Assembly (NCBI GenBank): GCA_964016885.1
Contig: OZ024745.1
Coordinates: forward strand, 1,488,001 to 1,552,000
Length of the DNA: 64,000 nucleotides
Direction of reading: 5' to 3'
Source of the DNA: Eledone cirrhosa
Lineage: Eukaryota
The notes beneath the pieces are model-generated. The model had not been told where the DNA came from. It worked only from the letters and a program-made list of their open reading frames with translations, and did no database searches. This document shows positions 50,301 to 64,000 of the stretch, piece after piece (the first letter of the stretch is position 1; each line of letters begins with the position of its first letter). Both the position numbers and the translations under genes were made by a program.

Positions 50301-53300
50301 TTGTGTTGTGTTATAGTGTGGTGTGGTGTGTTGTGGTGTGGTGTGGTGTGGTGAGGTGTGGTGTGGTGTGGTGTGGTGTGTTGTGGTGTGGTGTGGTGTG
50401 GTGTGGTGTGGTGTGTTGTAGTGTGGTGTGCTGTGTTGTGGTGTGGTGTGGTGTGGTGTGGTGTGTTGTGGTGTGGTGTGGTGTGTTGTGGTGTGGTGTG
50501 GTGTGTTGTGGTGTTGTGTGGCGTGGTGTGGTGTGGTGTGGTGTGGTGAAGTGTGGTGTGTTGTTGTGTGGTGTGGTGTAGTGTGGTGTGTTGTGTCGTG
50601 TTGTGGTGTGTTGTGGTGTGGTGTAGTGTAGTGTAGTGTAGTGTGATGTGGTGTGGTGTGGTGTGGTGTGGTGTGGTGTGGTGTGGTGTGGTGTGGTGTG
50701 GTGTGGTGTGGTGTGGTGTGGTGTATTGTGGTGTGGTGTGGTGTGGTGTAGTGTAGTGTGGTGTAGTGTAGTGTAGTGTAGTGTGGTGTGGTGTAGTGTG
50801 GTGGGGTGTGGTGTGTTGTGGTGTGGTGTGGTGTGGTGTGGTGTGGTGTGGTGTGGTGTGTTGTGGTGTAGTGTGGTGTGGTGTGGTGTGGTGTGGTGTA
50901 GTGTAGTGTGTTGTGGTGTAGTGTGGTGTGGTGTGGTGTAGTGTAGTGTGGTGTGGTGTGGTGTAGTGTAGAGTGGTGTAGTGTGGTGTGGTGTGTTGTG
51001 GTGTGGTGTGATGTGGTGTGGTGTGTTGTGGTGTGGTGTGGGTGGTGTGGTGCAGTGTAGTGTGGTGTGGTGTGGTGTGGTGTGGTGTGGTGTGGTGTAG
51101 TGTAGTGTGCTGTGGTGTGGTGTAGTGTGGTGTAGTGTGGTGTAGTTTAGTGTGGTGTAGTGTGGTGTGGTGTAGTGTAGTGTGGTGTAGTGTGGTGTAG
51201 TGTAGTGTGGTGTGGTGTAGTGTAGTGTGGTGTGGTGTGGTGTGTTGTGGTGTAGTGTGGTGTGGTGTGTTGTAGTGTGGTGTGGTGTAGTGTGGTGTGG
51301 TGTGGTGTAGTGTGTAGTGTAGTGTGTTGTGGTGTGGTGTGGTGTTGTGTAGTGTAGTGTCGTGTAGTGTGGTGTGGTGTGGTGTGGTGTGTTGTAGTGT
51401 AGTGTAGTGTGGTGTAGTGTGGTGTGGTGTGGTGTGGTGTAGTGTAGTGTGGTGTGGTGTGGTGTGTTGTGGTGCGGTGTAGTGTGGTGTGGTGTGGTGT
51501 AGTGTGGTGTGGTGTGGTGTAGTGTGTTGTGGTGTGTTGCGTTGTGGTGTGTTGTGGCGTGTTGTGTTGTGTTGTGTTATAGTGTGGTGTGGTGTGTTGT
51601 GGTGTGGTGTGGTGTGGTGTGGTTTTGGTGTGGTGTGGTGTGTTGTGGTGTGGCGTGGTGTGGTGTGTTGTGGTGTGGTGTGCTGTGTTGTGGTGTGGTG
51701 TGGTGTGGTGTGTTGTGATGTGGTGTGGTGTGGGGTGGTGTGGTGTGGTGTAGTGTGGTGTGGTGTGTTGTGGTGTGGTGTGGTGTGGTGTGGTGTGGTG
51801 TGTTGTGGTGTGGTGAGGTGTGGTGTAGTGTGTAGTGTGGTGTTGTGTGGTGTGGTGTGGTTTTGTGTGTTGTGGTGTGGTGTAGTGTGGTGTGGTGTGG
51901 TGTGGTCTGGTCTGGTGTGGTGTGGTGTGGTGTGGTGTGGTGTGTTGTGGTGTGGTGTGGTGTGGTGTAGTGTGTAGTGTGGTGTGTTGTGGTGTGTTGT
52001 GGTGTGGTGTGGTGTGGTGTGTTGTGTTGTGGTGTGTTGTGGTGTGGTGTAGTGTGGTGTGGTGTGTTGTGGTGTGTTGTGTTGTGGTGTGGTGTGGTGT
52101 GTTGTGGTGTGGTGTGGTGTGGTGTGGTGTGGTGTGGTGTGTTGTGTTGTGGTGTGTTGTGTTGTGGTGTGGTGTGGTGTGGTGTAGTGTGGTGTGGTGT
52201 GTTGTGGTGTGGTGTGGTGTGTTGTGGTGTGGTGTGTTGTGGTGTGTTGTGGTGTGGTGTGGTGTGGTGTTTTGTGGTGTGGTGTAGTGTGGTGTGGTGT
52301 GGTGTGGTGTATTGTGGTGTGGTGTAGTGTGGTGTGCTGTGCTGTGGTGTGGTGTGGTGTGGTGTGTTGTGTTGTGGTGTGGTGTGGTGTGTTGTGGTGT
52401 GGTGTCGTGTGGTGTGGTGAGGTGTAGTGTGGTGTGGTGTTGTGTGGTGTGGTGTGGTGTGGTGTGTTGTGTTGTGGTGTGGTGTGGTGTGGTGTGTTTT
52501 GGTGTGGTATGGTGTGGTGTGGTGTGGTGTGTTGTGGTGTGGTGAGGTGTGGTGTGGTGTGTTGTGGTGTGGTGTGGTGTAGTGTAGTGTGGTGTGGTGT
52601 GGTGTGATGTGGAGTGGTGTGGTGTAGTGTGGTGTGGTGTGGTGTGGTGTGGTGTGTTGTGTTGTGGTGTGGTGTAGTGTGTTGTGGTGTGGTGTGGTGT
52701 GGTGTGGTGTGGTGTGTTGTGGTGTGGTGTGGTGTAGTGTGGTGTGGTGTGGTGTGGTGTGGTGTGGTGTGATGTGGTGTGGTATGGTGTGTTGTGTTGT
52801 GGTGTGGTGTGGTGTGGTGTGTTGTGGTGTTGTGTTGTGGTGTGGTGTGGTGTAGTGTGGTGTGTTGTGTTGTGTTGTGGTGTGGTGTGCTGTGGTGTGG
52901 TGTGGTGTAGTGTAGTGTAGTGTGGTGTGGTGTGGTGTGGTGTGGTGTGTTGTGGTGTGGTGTGGTGTGGTCTGGTGCGTTGTGGTGTGTTGTGTTGTGG
53001 TGAGGTGTGGTGTGGTGTGGAGTAGTGTGGTGTGTTGTGTTGTGTTGTGGTGTGTTGTGGTGTAGTGTTGTGTGGTGTGGTCTGGTGTGTTGTAGTGTGT
53101 TGTGGTGTGGTGTGGTGTGGTGTGTTGTGTTGTGTTGTGGTGCGGTGTGGTCTAGTGTGGTGTGGTGTGGTGTGGTGTGGTGTGGTGTGGTGTGGTGTGT
53201 TGTGGTGTAGTGTGGTGTGGTGTGGTGTGGTGTGGTGTGGTGTGGTGTAGTGTGTTGTGGTGTGTTGTGTTGTGGTGTGTTGTTGTGTGTTGTGGTGTGG

Positions 53301-56300
53301 TGTGTTGTGGTGTGGTGTAGTGTGTTGTGGTGTGTTGTGTTGTGGTGTGGTGTGGTGTAGTTTGGTGTGGTGTGGTGAAGTGTGGTGTGTTGTGGCGTGG
53401 TGCAGTGTTGTGTTGTGGTGTGGTGTGGTGTGGTGTGGTGTGTTGTGGTGTGGTGTGGTGTGGTCTGGTGTGTTGTGGTGTGTTGTGTTGTGGTGAGGTG
53501 TGGTGTAGTGTGGTGTGTAGTGTTGTGTTGTGGTGTGTTGTGGTGTGTTGTGGTGTAGTGTTGTATAGTGTAGTGTGGTGTGGTGTGGTGTGGTGCGGTG
53601 TGGTGTGGTGTGTTGTGGTGTGGTGTGGTGAGGTGTAGTGTGGTGTGGTGCGGTGTGGTGTGGTGTAGTGTGTTGTAGTGTGTTGTGTTGTGGTGTGTTG
53701 TTGTGTGTTGTGGTGTGGTGTGTTGTGGTGTGGTGTAGTGTGTTGTGGTGTGTTGTGTTGTGGTGTGGTGTGGTGTAGTGTGGTGTGGTGTGGTGAAGTG
53801 TGGTGTGTTGTGGCGTGGTGCAGTGTTGTGATGTGGTGTGGTGTGCTGTGGTGTGGTGTGTTGTGGTGTGGTGTGGTGTGGTCTGGTGTGTTGTGGTGTG
53901 TTGTGGTGTGTTGTGGTGTGTTGTGGTGTAGTGTTGTGTAGTGTAGTGTGGTGTGGTGTGGTGTGGTGTGGTGTGTTGTGGTGTGGTGTGGTGAGGTGTA
54001 GTCTGGTGTGGTGTGGTGTGGTGTGGTGTGTTGTTGTGTGGTGTGGTGTAGTGTGGTGTGTTGTGTTGTGTTGTGGTGTGTTGTGGTGTGTTGTGGTGTG
54101 GTGTGGTGTGGTGTGGTGTGGTGTGGTGTGTTGTGGTGTTGTGTGGTGTGGTGTGGTGTGGTGTGGTGTGGTGAAGTGTGGTGTGTTGTGGTGTGGTGTG
54201 GTGTAGTGTGGTGTGTTGTGTTGTGTTGTGGTGTGTTGTGGTGTGGTGTTGTGTAGTGTAGTGTAGTGTGGTGTGGTGTGGTGTGGTGTGGTGTGGTGTG
54301 GTGTGGTGTGGTGTGGTGTGGTGTGGTGTGGTGTGTTGTGGTGTAGTGTGGTGTAGTGTAGTGTGGTGTGGTGTGGTGTGTTGTGGTGTGGTGTGGTGTG
54401 GTGTGGTGTTGCGTGTTGTGGTGTGTTGTGGTGTAGTGTGGTGTAGTGTAGTGTGGTGTGGTGTAGTGTGGTGTGGTGTGGTGTGGTGTGGTGTGTTGTG
54501 GTGTGGTGTGGTGTAGTGTGGTGTGGTGTGTTGTGGTGTGGTGTGGTGTGGTGTGTTGTGGTGTGGTGTGGTGTGGTCTGGTGTGTTGTGGTGTGTTGTG
54601 TTGTGGTGTGGTGTGGTGTGGTGTGGTGTAGTGTGGTGTGTTGTGTTGTGTTGTGGTGCGTTGTGGTGTGGTGTGGTGTAGTGTAGTGTAGTGTGGTGTG
54701 GTGTGGTGTGGTGTGGTGTGGTCTGGTTAGGTGTGGTGTGGTGTGGTGTGTTGTGGTGTAGTGTGGTGTAGTGTAGTGTGGTGTGGTGTGGTGTGGTGTG
54801 GTGTGTTGTGGTGTGGTGTGGTGTGGTGTGGTGTGGTGTGTTGTGGTGTGTTGTGGTGTGGTGTGGTGTGTTGTGTTGTGGTGTGGTGTATTGTAGTGTG
54901 GTGTGGTGTGTTGTGGTGTGGTGTGGTGTGGTGTGGTGTGTTGTGTTGTGGTGTGGTGTGGTGTGGTGTGCTGTGGTGTAGTGTGGTGTGGTGTGGTGTG
55001 GTGTGGTGTGGTGTGGTGTGATGTGGTGTGGTGTTGTGTGTTGTGGTGTGGTGCAGTGTTGTGGTGTGGTGTGGTGTGGTGTGGTGTGTTGTGGTGTGGT
55101 GTGGTGTGGTCTGGTGTGTTGTGGTGTGTTGTGTTGTGGTGAGGTGTGGTGTGGTGTGGTGTAGTGTGGTGTGTTGTGTTGTGTTGTGGTGTGTTGTGGT
55201 GTGTTGTGGTGTAGTGTTGTGTGGTGTGGTCTGGTGTGTTGTAGTGTGTTGTGGTGTGGTGTGGTGTGGTGTGGTGTGTTGTGTTGTGTTGTGGTGCGGT
55301 GTGGTCTGGTGTGGTGTGGTGTGGTGTGGTGTGGTGTGGTGTGGTGTGTTCTGGTGTAGTGTGGTGTGGTGTGGTGTGGTGTGGTGTGGTGTGGTGTAGT
55401 GTGTTGTGGTGTGTTGTGGTGTGGTGTGTTGTGGTGTGGTGTAGTGTGTTGTGGTGTGTTCTGTTGTGGTGTGGTGTGGTGTAGTGTGATGTGGTGTGTT
55501 GTGGTGTGTTGTGGTGTGGTGTAGTGTGGTGTGGTGTGGTGTGTTGTGGTGTGGTATGGTGTGGTGTGGTGTGGTGTAGTGTGGTGTGGTGTGATGTAGT
55601 GTGTTGTGGTGTGTTGTGTTGTGGTGTGTTGTGGTGTGTTTTGGTGTGGTGTGGTGGAGTGTGTTGTGGTGTGGTGTAGTGTAGTGTGGTGTGTTGTGGT
55701 GTGTTGTGTTGTGGTGTGTTGTGGTGTGTTGTGGTGTGGTGTGGTGTGTTGTGTTGTGGTGTGTTGTGTTGTGTTGTGTTACAGTGTGGTGTGGTGTGGT
55801 GTGTTGTGGTGTGGTGTGGTGTGGTGTGGTGTGGTGTAGTGTGGTGTGGTGTGGTGTAGTGTGTTGTGGTGTGTTGTGTTGTGGTGTGTTGTGGTGTGTT
55901 GTGGTGTGGTGTGGTGGGGTAGTGTGGTGTGGTGTGTTGTGGTGTGTTGTGTTGTGGTGTGTTGTGGTGTGTTGAGGTGTGGTGTGGTGTGTTGTGTTGT
56001 GGTGTGTTGTGTTGTGTTGTGTTATAGTGTGGTGTGTTGTGGTGTGGTGTGGTGTGGTGTGGTGTGGTGTGTTGTAGTGTGGTGTGTTGTGTTGTGGTGT
56101 GGTGTGGTGTGGTGTGTTGTGTTGTGGTGTGGTGTGGTGTGTTGTGGTGTTGTGTGGTGTGGTGTGGTGTGGTGTAGTGTAGTGTGCTGTGGTGTGGTGT
56201 AGTGTGGTGTAGTGTGGTGTAGTGTAGTGTGGTGTAGTGTGGTGTGGTGTAGTGTAATGTGGTTTAGTGTGGTGTAGTGTAGTCTGGTGTGGTGTCGTGT

Positions 56301-59300
56301 AGTGTGTTGTAGTGTAGTGTAGTGTGGTGTAGTGTGGTGTGGTGTAGTGTAGTGTAGTGTAGTGTAGTGCGGTGTGGTGTGGTGTAGTGTAGTGTGGTGT
56401 AGTGTAGTGTGGTGTGGTGAGGTGTGGTGTGGTGTAGTGTAGTGTGGTGTGGTGTAGTGTAGTGTGGTGTGGTGTGGTGTGTTGTGGTGTAGTGTGGTGT
56501 GGTGTGTTGTAGTGTGGTGTGGTGTAGTGTGGTGTGGTGTAGTGTGTAGTGTAGTGTGTTGTGGTGTGTTGTGGTGTGGTGTTGTGTAGTGTAGTGTCGT
56601 GTAGTGTGGTGTGGTGTGGTGTAGTGTGTAGTGTAGTGTGGTGTAGTGTGGTGTGGTGTGGTGTGGTGTGGTGTAGTGTAGTGTAGTGTAGTGTGGTGTG
56701 GTGTGGTGTAGTGTGGTGTGGTGTGGTATGGTGTGGTGTGGTGTGGTGTGTTGTGGTGTGTTGTGGTGTGGTGTAGTGTAGTGTGGTGTAGTGTGGTGTG
56801 GTGTAGTCTGGTGTGGTGTGGTGTAGTGTGGTTTAGTGTGGTGTAGTGTGGTGTAGTGTAGTGTGGTGTAGTGTAGTGTAGCGTGTAGTGTAGTGTAGTG
56901 TAGTGTTGTGTGGTGTGGTGTAGTGTAGTGTAGTGTAGTGTAGTGTGGTGTGGTGTGGTGTAGTGTAGTGTGTGGTTTGGTGTAGTGTAGTGTGGTGTAG
57001 TGTGGTGTAGTGTAGTGTGGTGTAGTGTAGTGTAGTGTGGTGTGGTGTAGTGTGGTGTGGTGTGTAGTGTAGTGTAGTGTGGTGTAGTGTGGTGTAGTGT
57101 AGTGTGGTGTAGTGTGGTGTGGTATGGTGTGGTGTAGTGTGGTGTGGTGTGGTGTAGTGTGGTGTAGTGTGGTGTAGTGTGGTGTAGTGTAGTGTGGTGT
57201 AGTGTAGTGTAGTGTGTAGTGTAGTGTAGTGTAGTGTGGTGTGGTGTGGTGTGGTGTGGTGTAGTGTAGTGTAGTGTAGTGTAGTGTAGTGTAGTGTAGT
57301 GTAGTGTGGTGTGGTGTGGTGTGGTGTGGTGTAGTGTGGTGTAGTGTAGTGTAGTGTAGTGTGGTGTAGTGTAGTGTAGTGTAGTGTAGTGTAGTGTAGT
57401 GTAGTGTAGTGTAGTGTGTTGTGGTGTAGTGTAGTGTAGTGTAGTGTGGTGTAGTGTAGTGTAGTGTGGTGCAGTGTGGTGTGGTGTAGTGTAGTGTAGT
57501 GTAGTGTAGTGTAGTGTAGTGTAGTGTAGTGTGGTGTGGTGTGGTGTAGTGTAGTGTAGTGTAGTGTATTGTAGTGTAGTGTAGTGTAGTGTGGTGTGTT
57601 GTGGTGTAGTGTGTGGTGTGGTGTAGTGTAGTGTAGTGTAGTGTAGTGTAGTGTAGTGTAGTGTAGTGTAGTGTAGTGTAGTGTAGTGTAGTGTGGTGTT
57701 GTGTAGTGTAGTGTAGTGTAGTGTAGTGTAGTGTAGTGTAGTGTAGTGTAGTGTAGTGTGGTGTAGTGTAGTGTAGTGTAGTGTAGTGTAGTGTAGTGTA
57801 GTGTAGTGTAGTGTAGTGTGGTGTGTTGTGGTGTAGTGTGTGGTGTGGTGTAGTGTAGTGTAGTGTAGTGTAGTGTAGTGTAGTGTAGTGTAGTGTGGTG
57901 TGGTGTAGTGTAGTGTAGTGTGGTGTGGTGTAGTGTAGTGTAGTGTGTGGTGTAGTGTAGTGTAGTGTAGTGTGGTGCAGTGTGGTGTGGTGTGGTGTAG
58001 TGTAGTGTAGTGTAGTGTAGTGTAGTGTAGCGTAGTGTGGTGTGGTGTGGTGTAGTGTAGTGTAGTGTAGTGTGGTGTGGTGTAGTGTAGTGTAGTGTAG
58101 TGTAGTGTAGTGTGGTGTAGTGTGGTGTAGTGTAGTGTAGTGTAGTGTAGTGTAGTGTAGTGTAGTGTAGTGTAGTGTAGTGTAGTGTAGTGTGGTGTGT
58201 TGTGGTGTAGTGTGTGGTGTGGTGTAGTGTAGTGTAGTGTAGTGTGGTGTAGTGTAGTGTAGTGTAGTGTAGTGTAGTGTAGTGTAGTGTAGAGTAGTGT
58301 AGTGTAGTGTAGTGTAGTGTAGTGTAGTGTGGTGTGTTGTGGTGTAGTGTGTGGTGTGGTGTAGTGTAGTGTAGTGTAGTGTGGTGTAGTGTAGTGTAGT
58401 GTGGTGCAGTGTGGTGTGGTGTAGTGTAGTGTAGTGTAGTGTAGTGTAGTGTAGTGTAGTGTAGTGTGGTGTGGTGTAGTGTAGTGTAGTGTGGTGTGGT
58501 GTAGTGTAGTGTAGTGTGTGGTGTAGTGTAGTGTAGTGCGGTGTAGTGTAGTGTAGTGTAGTGTGGTGTAGTGTGGTGTGGTGTAGTGTAGTGTGGTGTA
58601 GTGTGGTGTGGTGTAGTGTAGTGTAGTGTAGTGTAGTGTAGTGTAGTGTGGTGTGGTGTGGTGTGGTGTAGTGTAGTGTGTGGTGTAGTGTAGTGTAGTG
58701 TAGTGTGTTGTGGTGTAGTGTGGTGTGGTGTAGTGTAGTGTGTGGTGTAGTGTAGTGTAGTGTAGTGTAGTGTGTTGTGGTGTAGTGTAGTGTGGTGTGG
58801 TGTAGTGTAGTGTAGTGTAGTGTAGTGAGGTGTGTTGTGGTGTAGTGTGTGGTGTGGTGTAGTGTAGTGTAGTGTAGTGTAGTGTAGTGTGGTGTGTTGT
58901 GGTGTAGTGTGTAGTGTGTAGTGTGGTGTAGTGTAGTGTAGTGTGTAGTGTAGTGTGGTGTGGTGTGTTGTGGTGTAGTGTGTGGTGTGGTGTAGTGTAG
59001 TGTAGTGATGTGTAGTGTAGTGTAGTGTAGTGTAGTGTGTTGTGGTGTAGTGTAGTGTGGTGTAGTGTAGTGTAGTGTAGTGTAGTGTGGTGTGTTGTGG
59101 TGTAGTGTGTGGTGTGGTGTAGTGTAGTGTAGTGTGGTGTGTAGTGTAGTGTAGTGTGGTGTGGTGTGTTGTGGTGTAGTGTGTGGTGTGGTGTAGTGTA
59201 GTGTAGTGTGGTGTAGTGTAGTGTAGTGTAGTGTAGTGTGGTGTGTAGTGTAGTGTAGTGTGGTTTGGTGTAGTGTAGTGTAGTGTAGTGTGGTGTAGTG

Positions 59301-60105
59301 TAGTGTAGTGTGGTGTGTAGTGTAGTGTGGTGTAGCGTGTAGTGTGGTGTAGTGTGTAGTGTGGTGTAGCGTGTAGTGTGGTGTAGCGTGTAGTGTAGTG
59401 TGGTGTGGTGTGGTGTAGTGTAGTGTAGTGTGGTGTAGTGTAGTGTAGTGTGGTGTGTAGTGTAGTGTGGTGTAGCGTGTAGTGTGGTGTAGTGTGTAGT
59501 GTGGTGTAGCGTGTAGTGTGGTGTAGCGTGTAGTGTAGTGTGGTGTGGTGTGGTGTAGTGTAGTGTAGTGTGGTGTAGTGTAGTGTAGTGTGGTGTAGTG
59601 TAGTGTAGTGTAGTGTGGTGTGTAGTGTAGTGTAGTGTAGTGCAGTGTAGTGTAGTGTAGTGTAGTGTGGTGTAGTGTAGTGTGGTGTGGTGTAGTGTGT
59701 AGTGTGGTGTGTAGTGTAGTGTGGTGTAGTGTAGTGTGGTGTGGTGTAGTGTGTAGTGTGGTGTGTAGTGTAGTGTAGTGTGGTGTAGTGTAGTGTAGTG
59801 TAGTGTGGTGTGTAGTGTAGTGTAGTGTAGTGTAGTGTAGTGTAGTGTAGTGTAGTGTAGTGTAGTGTAGTGTAGTGTAGTGTAGTGTGGTGTAGTTTAG
59901 TGTGGTGTGGTGTAGTGTGTAGTGTGGTGTGTAGTGTAGTGTAGTGTAGTGTAGTGTGGTGTGGTGTGGTGTAGTGTAGTGTAGTGTGGTGTGGTGTAGT
60001 GTAGTGTAGTGTAGTGTGGTGTAGTGTAGTGTAGTGTGGTGTGTAGTGTAGTGTGGTGTAGTGTGTAGTGTGGTGTAGTGTGTAGTGTGGTGTAGCGTGT
60101 AGTGT
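44371..60105. repeat. Pentanucleotide satellite (GTGTG/TTGTG/GTGTA)n, ~15.7 kb, roughly 3100 units
   Basis: 5-bp period throughout; rare variants recur at ~5-kb spacing. Confidence 0.97.
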
Positions 60106-60187
60106 GGGTGCTAACTTATCATTCTATCAACCGATCTGACTTGTCAGAATATGTGGATGTATTTCTAAAAAAAAATGCTTTCAATTC

Positions 60188-60315
60188 TGTGTATGTGTAG
60201 ATGTGTGTGTGTGCGTGTAGATATGTGCGTGTATATGTGTGTGTTCCTGTGAATATGTGTATGTGGCAATGTGTATTAGTTTGTGCATGTGTAGATATGT
60301 GTGTAGGTGTGTATA
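60188..60315. repeat. Degenerate (TG)n microsatellite
   Basis: Seen directly. Confidence 0.75.
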
Positions 60316-60317
60316 TC

Positions 60318-60460
60318 GAAGGGAGCCCTATACAGTCAATAGACCTGCTATAACGTATTGAAAACATAGTAGAATGTAGTAGGAAATACGGGGCGGTCAC
60401 GCCTGGAACGCTTTTCACCTTAAGGCAGTTGGATGAGAAACGACCCAGGGTTAAATAGGA
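60318..60460 (+). mobile_element. Dispersed SINE-like element 'B', copy 5 (opposite orientation, internally shortened)
   Basis: AAGGGAGCC...GACCTGCTA...ACGGGGCGGTCACGCCTGGAACGCTTT...GACCCAGGGTTAAA is the reverse complement of the motif order in copies 1-3. Confidence 0.7.
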
Positions 60461-60480
60461 TAAAAGAGGTGAACGTTATC

Positions 60481-60668
60481 GGTGGATTGCTAGAATCGGT
60501 AGAGCGTCGGACACCATGCTTTGAAGCATAGAGTTACGGCCCTTTATGGTCTGAGTTCAAATCCCGCTGAGGTTAACTTTGCCTGTCATCCTTACGGGGT
60601 CGATACAATAAGGTACCAGTAATACACTGGGATAATTGCTGGCCTTGTGCCTAAAGTAGAGACAGTTA
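60481..60668 (+). mobile_element. tRNA-derived SINE 'A' with Pol III A/B-box-like motifs
   Basis: A-box-like TTGCTAGAATCGGTAGAGCG (from 60487) and B box GAGTTCAAATCC (60553-60564), then a non-tRNA body ACTTTGCCTGTCATCCTTACGGGGTCGATACAATAAGGTACCAG. A second copy lies at 38705-38850. Confidence 0.82.
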
Positions 60669-60687
60669 TGTCATTGTTAGTAGAGTT

Positions 60688-61670
<983 letters not shown>

Positions 61671-61724
61671 TCACTGCGATGAATGAGTACGCAACATGAC
61701 CTCAAAATGGCCTTGATAGATATT

Positions 61725-61973
61725 TGTGTGAGTGTATGTGTGTATGAGTGTGTGAGTGTATATGTGAGTGTATATGTGAGTGTGTATGTGAGTGTATATG
61801 TGAGTGTATATATGGGTATATATGTGATTGTGTAGGTATTTGTAAGTGTGTGTATGTATGAGTATATGTGTGTGCGTTTATATGTCAGTTGTGTGAACAG
61901 CTGCATGTATGTATATATATAAATGTATATATGTTTGTGTGTGTGTGTGTATATACACATATATATATATATT

Positions 61974-62038
<65 letters not shown>

Positions 62039-62118
62039 GTATATATATGTATATATATATATATAAATGTATATATATATATAAATGTATATATATATAT
62101 ATATATATATATACATAC

Positions 62119-62189
<71 letters not shown>

Positions 62190-62209
62190 CATATATATAT
62201 ATACATATA

Positions 62210-62241
<32 letters not shown>

Positions 62242-62247
62242 CATTTT

Positions 62248-62305
<58 letters not shown>

Positions 62306-62312
62306 AACAAAC

Positions 62313-62365
<53 letters not shown>

Positions 62366-62400
62366 TATATGTATATATATATATAGATATATATATTCAC

Positions 62401-62433
<33 letters not shown>

Positions 62434-62620
62434 CATTTATATATATACGCATATATATATGTATATATATATACACACATATACATATATATGTGCATAT
62501 ACATGCATATCTACACACCTCTTTCTCTGTATATATATTTATATATATTTATATGTGTGTGTATGTGTGGGTGTACTTATGTATGTATGCGTATAAGTAT
62601 AAGTGTGTATGCGTGTGCGG
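61725..62620. repeat. Short TGTGAGTGTATA repeats followed by long interrupted (TA)n
   Basis: 12-bp unit around 61750-61810; (TA)n from about 61975 to 62470. Confidence 0.9.
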
Positions 62621-62814
62621 TGTGGTTGTGAATCAATGTAATTGTGGTGGGGGAGGGGGAGGAGAGAAAGGAGAATGGTGGGAGTGAGAGAGAGATGGAG
62701 AGGGTGTAAAAGAAAGAAATACAGAGAGGAGAGAGGGGAAAGTAAGGAGAGAAACAGTGAGAGGGGGAGGGAAGACAGAGACAGACAAATCCAAACAACA
62801 TTGATATCAGAAAC

Positions 62815-63389
<575 letters not shown>

Positions 63390-63390
<1 letters not shown>

Positions 63391-63423
63391 AGAGAGAGAG
63401 ATAAGATATATATATAGAGATAG

Positions 63424-63463
<40 letters not shown>

Positions 63464-63777
63464 GGAGGGGGGGGGAGTGTGTGATGTGGATCAGAGTAGA
63501 AAATAAAAAAATAAGACAGAAAAAGATGAAAATGTGATGAAGGAGAAAGACGGTGAAAGGGAGTGTAAGAGAGAGGGGGGAGTGAGGGTGAGAAGGAGAG
63601 GAGAGAGGGGGAGACAGATGGGGAGAGGGAGGGAGAGCGAGAGGGAGAGTGGGAGAGAGAGAGGGAGAGAGAGAGGAGGGTGGGAGAGAGAGAGAGGAGA
63701 GTGGGAGAGAGAGGGAGAGAGAGATGAGAGTGGGAGATAGAGAGGAGAGTGGGAGAGAGAGAAAGACAGAGGAGAGT

Positions 63778-63813
<36 letters not shown>

Positions 63814-63920
63814 TGGGAGAGAGAGAGAGAGAGAGGGGAGAATGGGAGAGAGAGAGAGGAGAGTGGGAGAGAGAGAGAAAGATAGAAAGAATTGAAGAAG
63901 TGTAATAGACAGAGAAAGAG
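63390..63920. repeat. Polypurine tract with (GATA)n, (GA)n and recurrent GAGAGTGGGAGAGAGAG
   Basis: Seen directly. Confidence 0.9.
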
Positions 63921-64000
63921 AATACACACATACATGTGTAAATATGTTAGATATGTATACATGTATGTATACAGCGCATGTTCACCTGTATATGTATACA

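Noticed and set aside
43598-56202. Cys/Trp/Val-rich (CGVVW)n ORFs and an extensin-like ORF at 43794-44780
   Set aside because: Artefacts of tri- and pentanucleotide repeats, overlapping in every frame.
60135-60150. Mini-palindrome TCTGAC-TT-GTCAGA and a nearby CTAAC...CAG
   Set aside because: 6-bp arms; no pyrimidine tract or downstream exon support.
60481-60570. Functional tRNA gene
   Set aside because: A/B-box-like motifs are present, but I see no cloverleaf, the box spacing is long, and it continues into a body shared with another dispersed copy, so it is a SINE.

Overview
This is a eukaryotic (animal), gene-free window made almost entirely of tandem repeats. I find no credible protein-coding gene, RNA gene or CRISPR array. 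Every ORF in the supplied track is explained by stop-free simple repeats or by chance. Main blocks: a 37-bp satellite (1-22752, 615 monomers, with higher-order duplications), a TTAGGG-containing minisatellite (~24.1-24.6 kb), a degenerate (GGT)n tract (25.8-31.6 kb), a composite 34-bp core + (CA)n minisatellite (33.5-37.0 kb), a 44-bp satellite (39.6-43.6 kb, 91 units) and a 15.7-kb pentamer array (44.4-60.1 kb), with many AT/AC/AG microsatellites in between. The few non-tandem islands hold two families of short dispersed elements: a tRNA-derived SINE and a second ~200-bp SINE-like element. From memory, the SINE motifs and microsatellite landscape resemble octopus genomic DNA, but this is unverified inference. 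The most interesting signal is that tandem arrays appear to be growing out of pieces of the dispersed elements at different stages (4 copies vs 91 copies). The 44-bp array junction also creates a repeated acceptor-donor splice-like motif.
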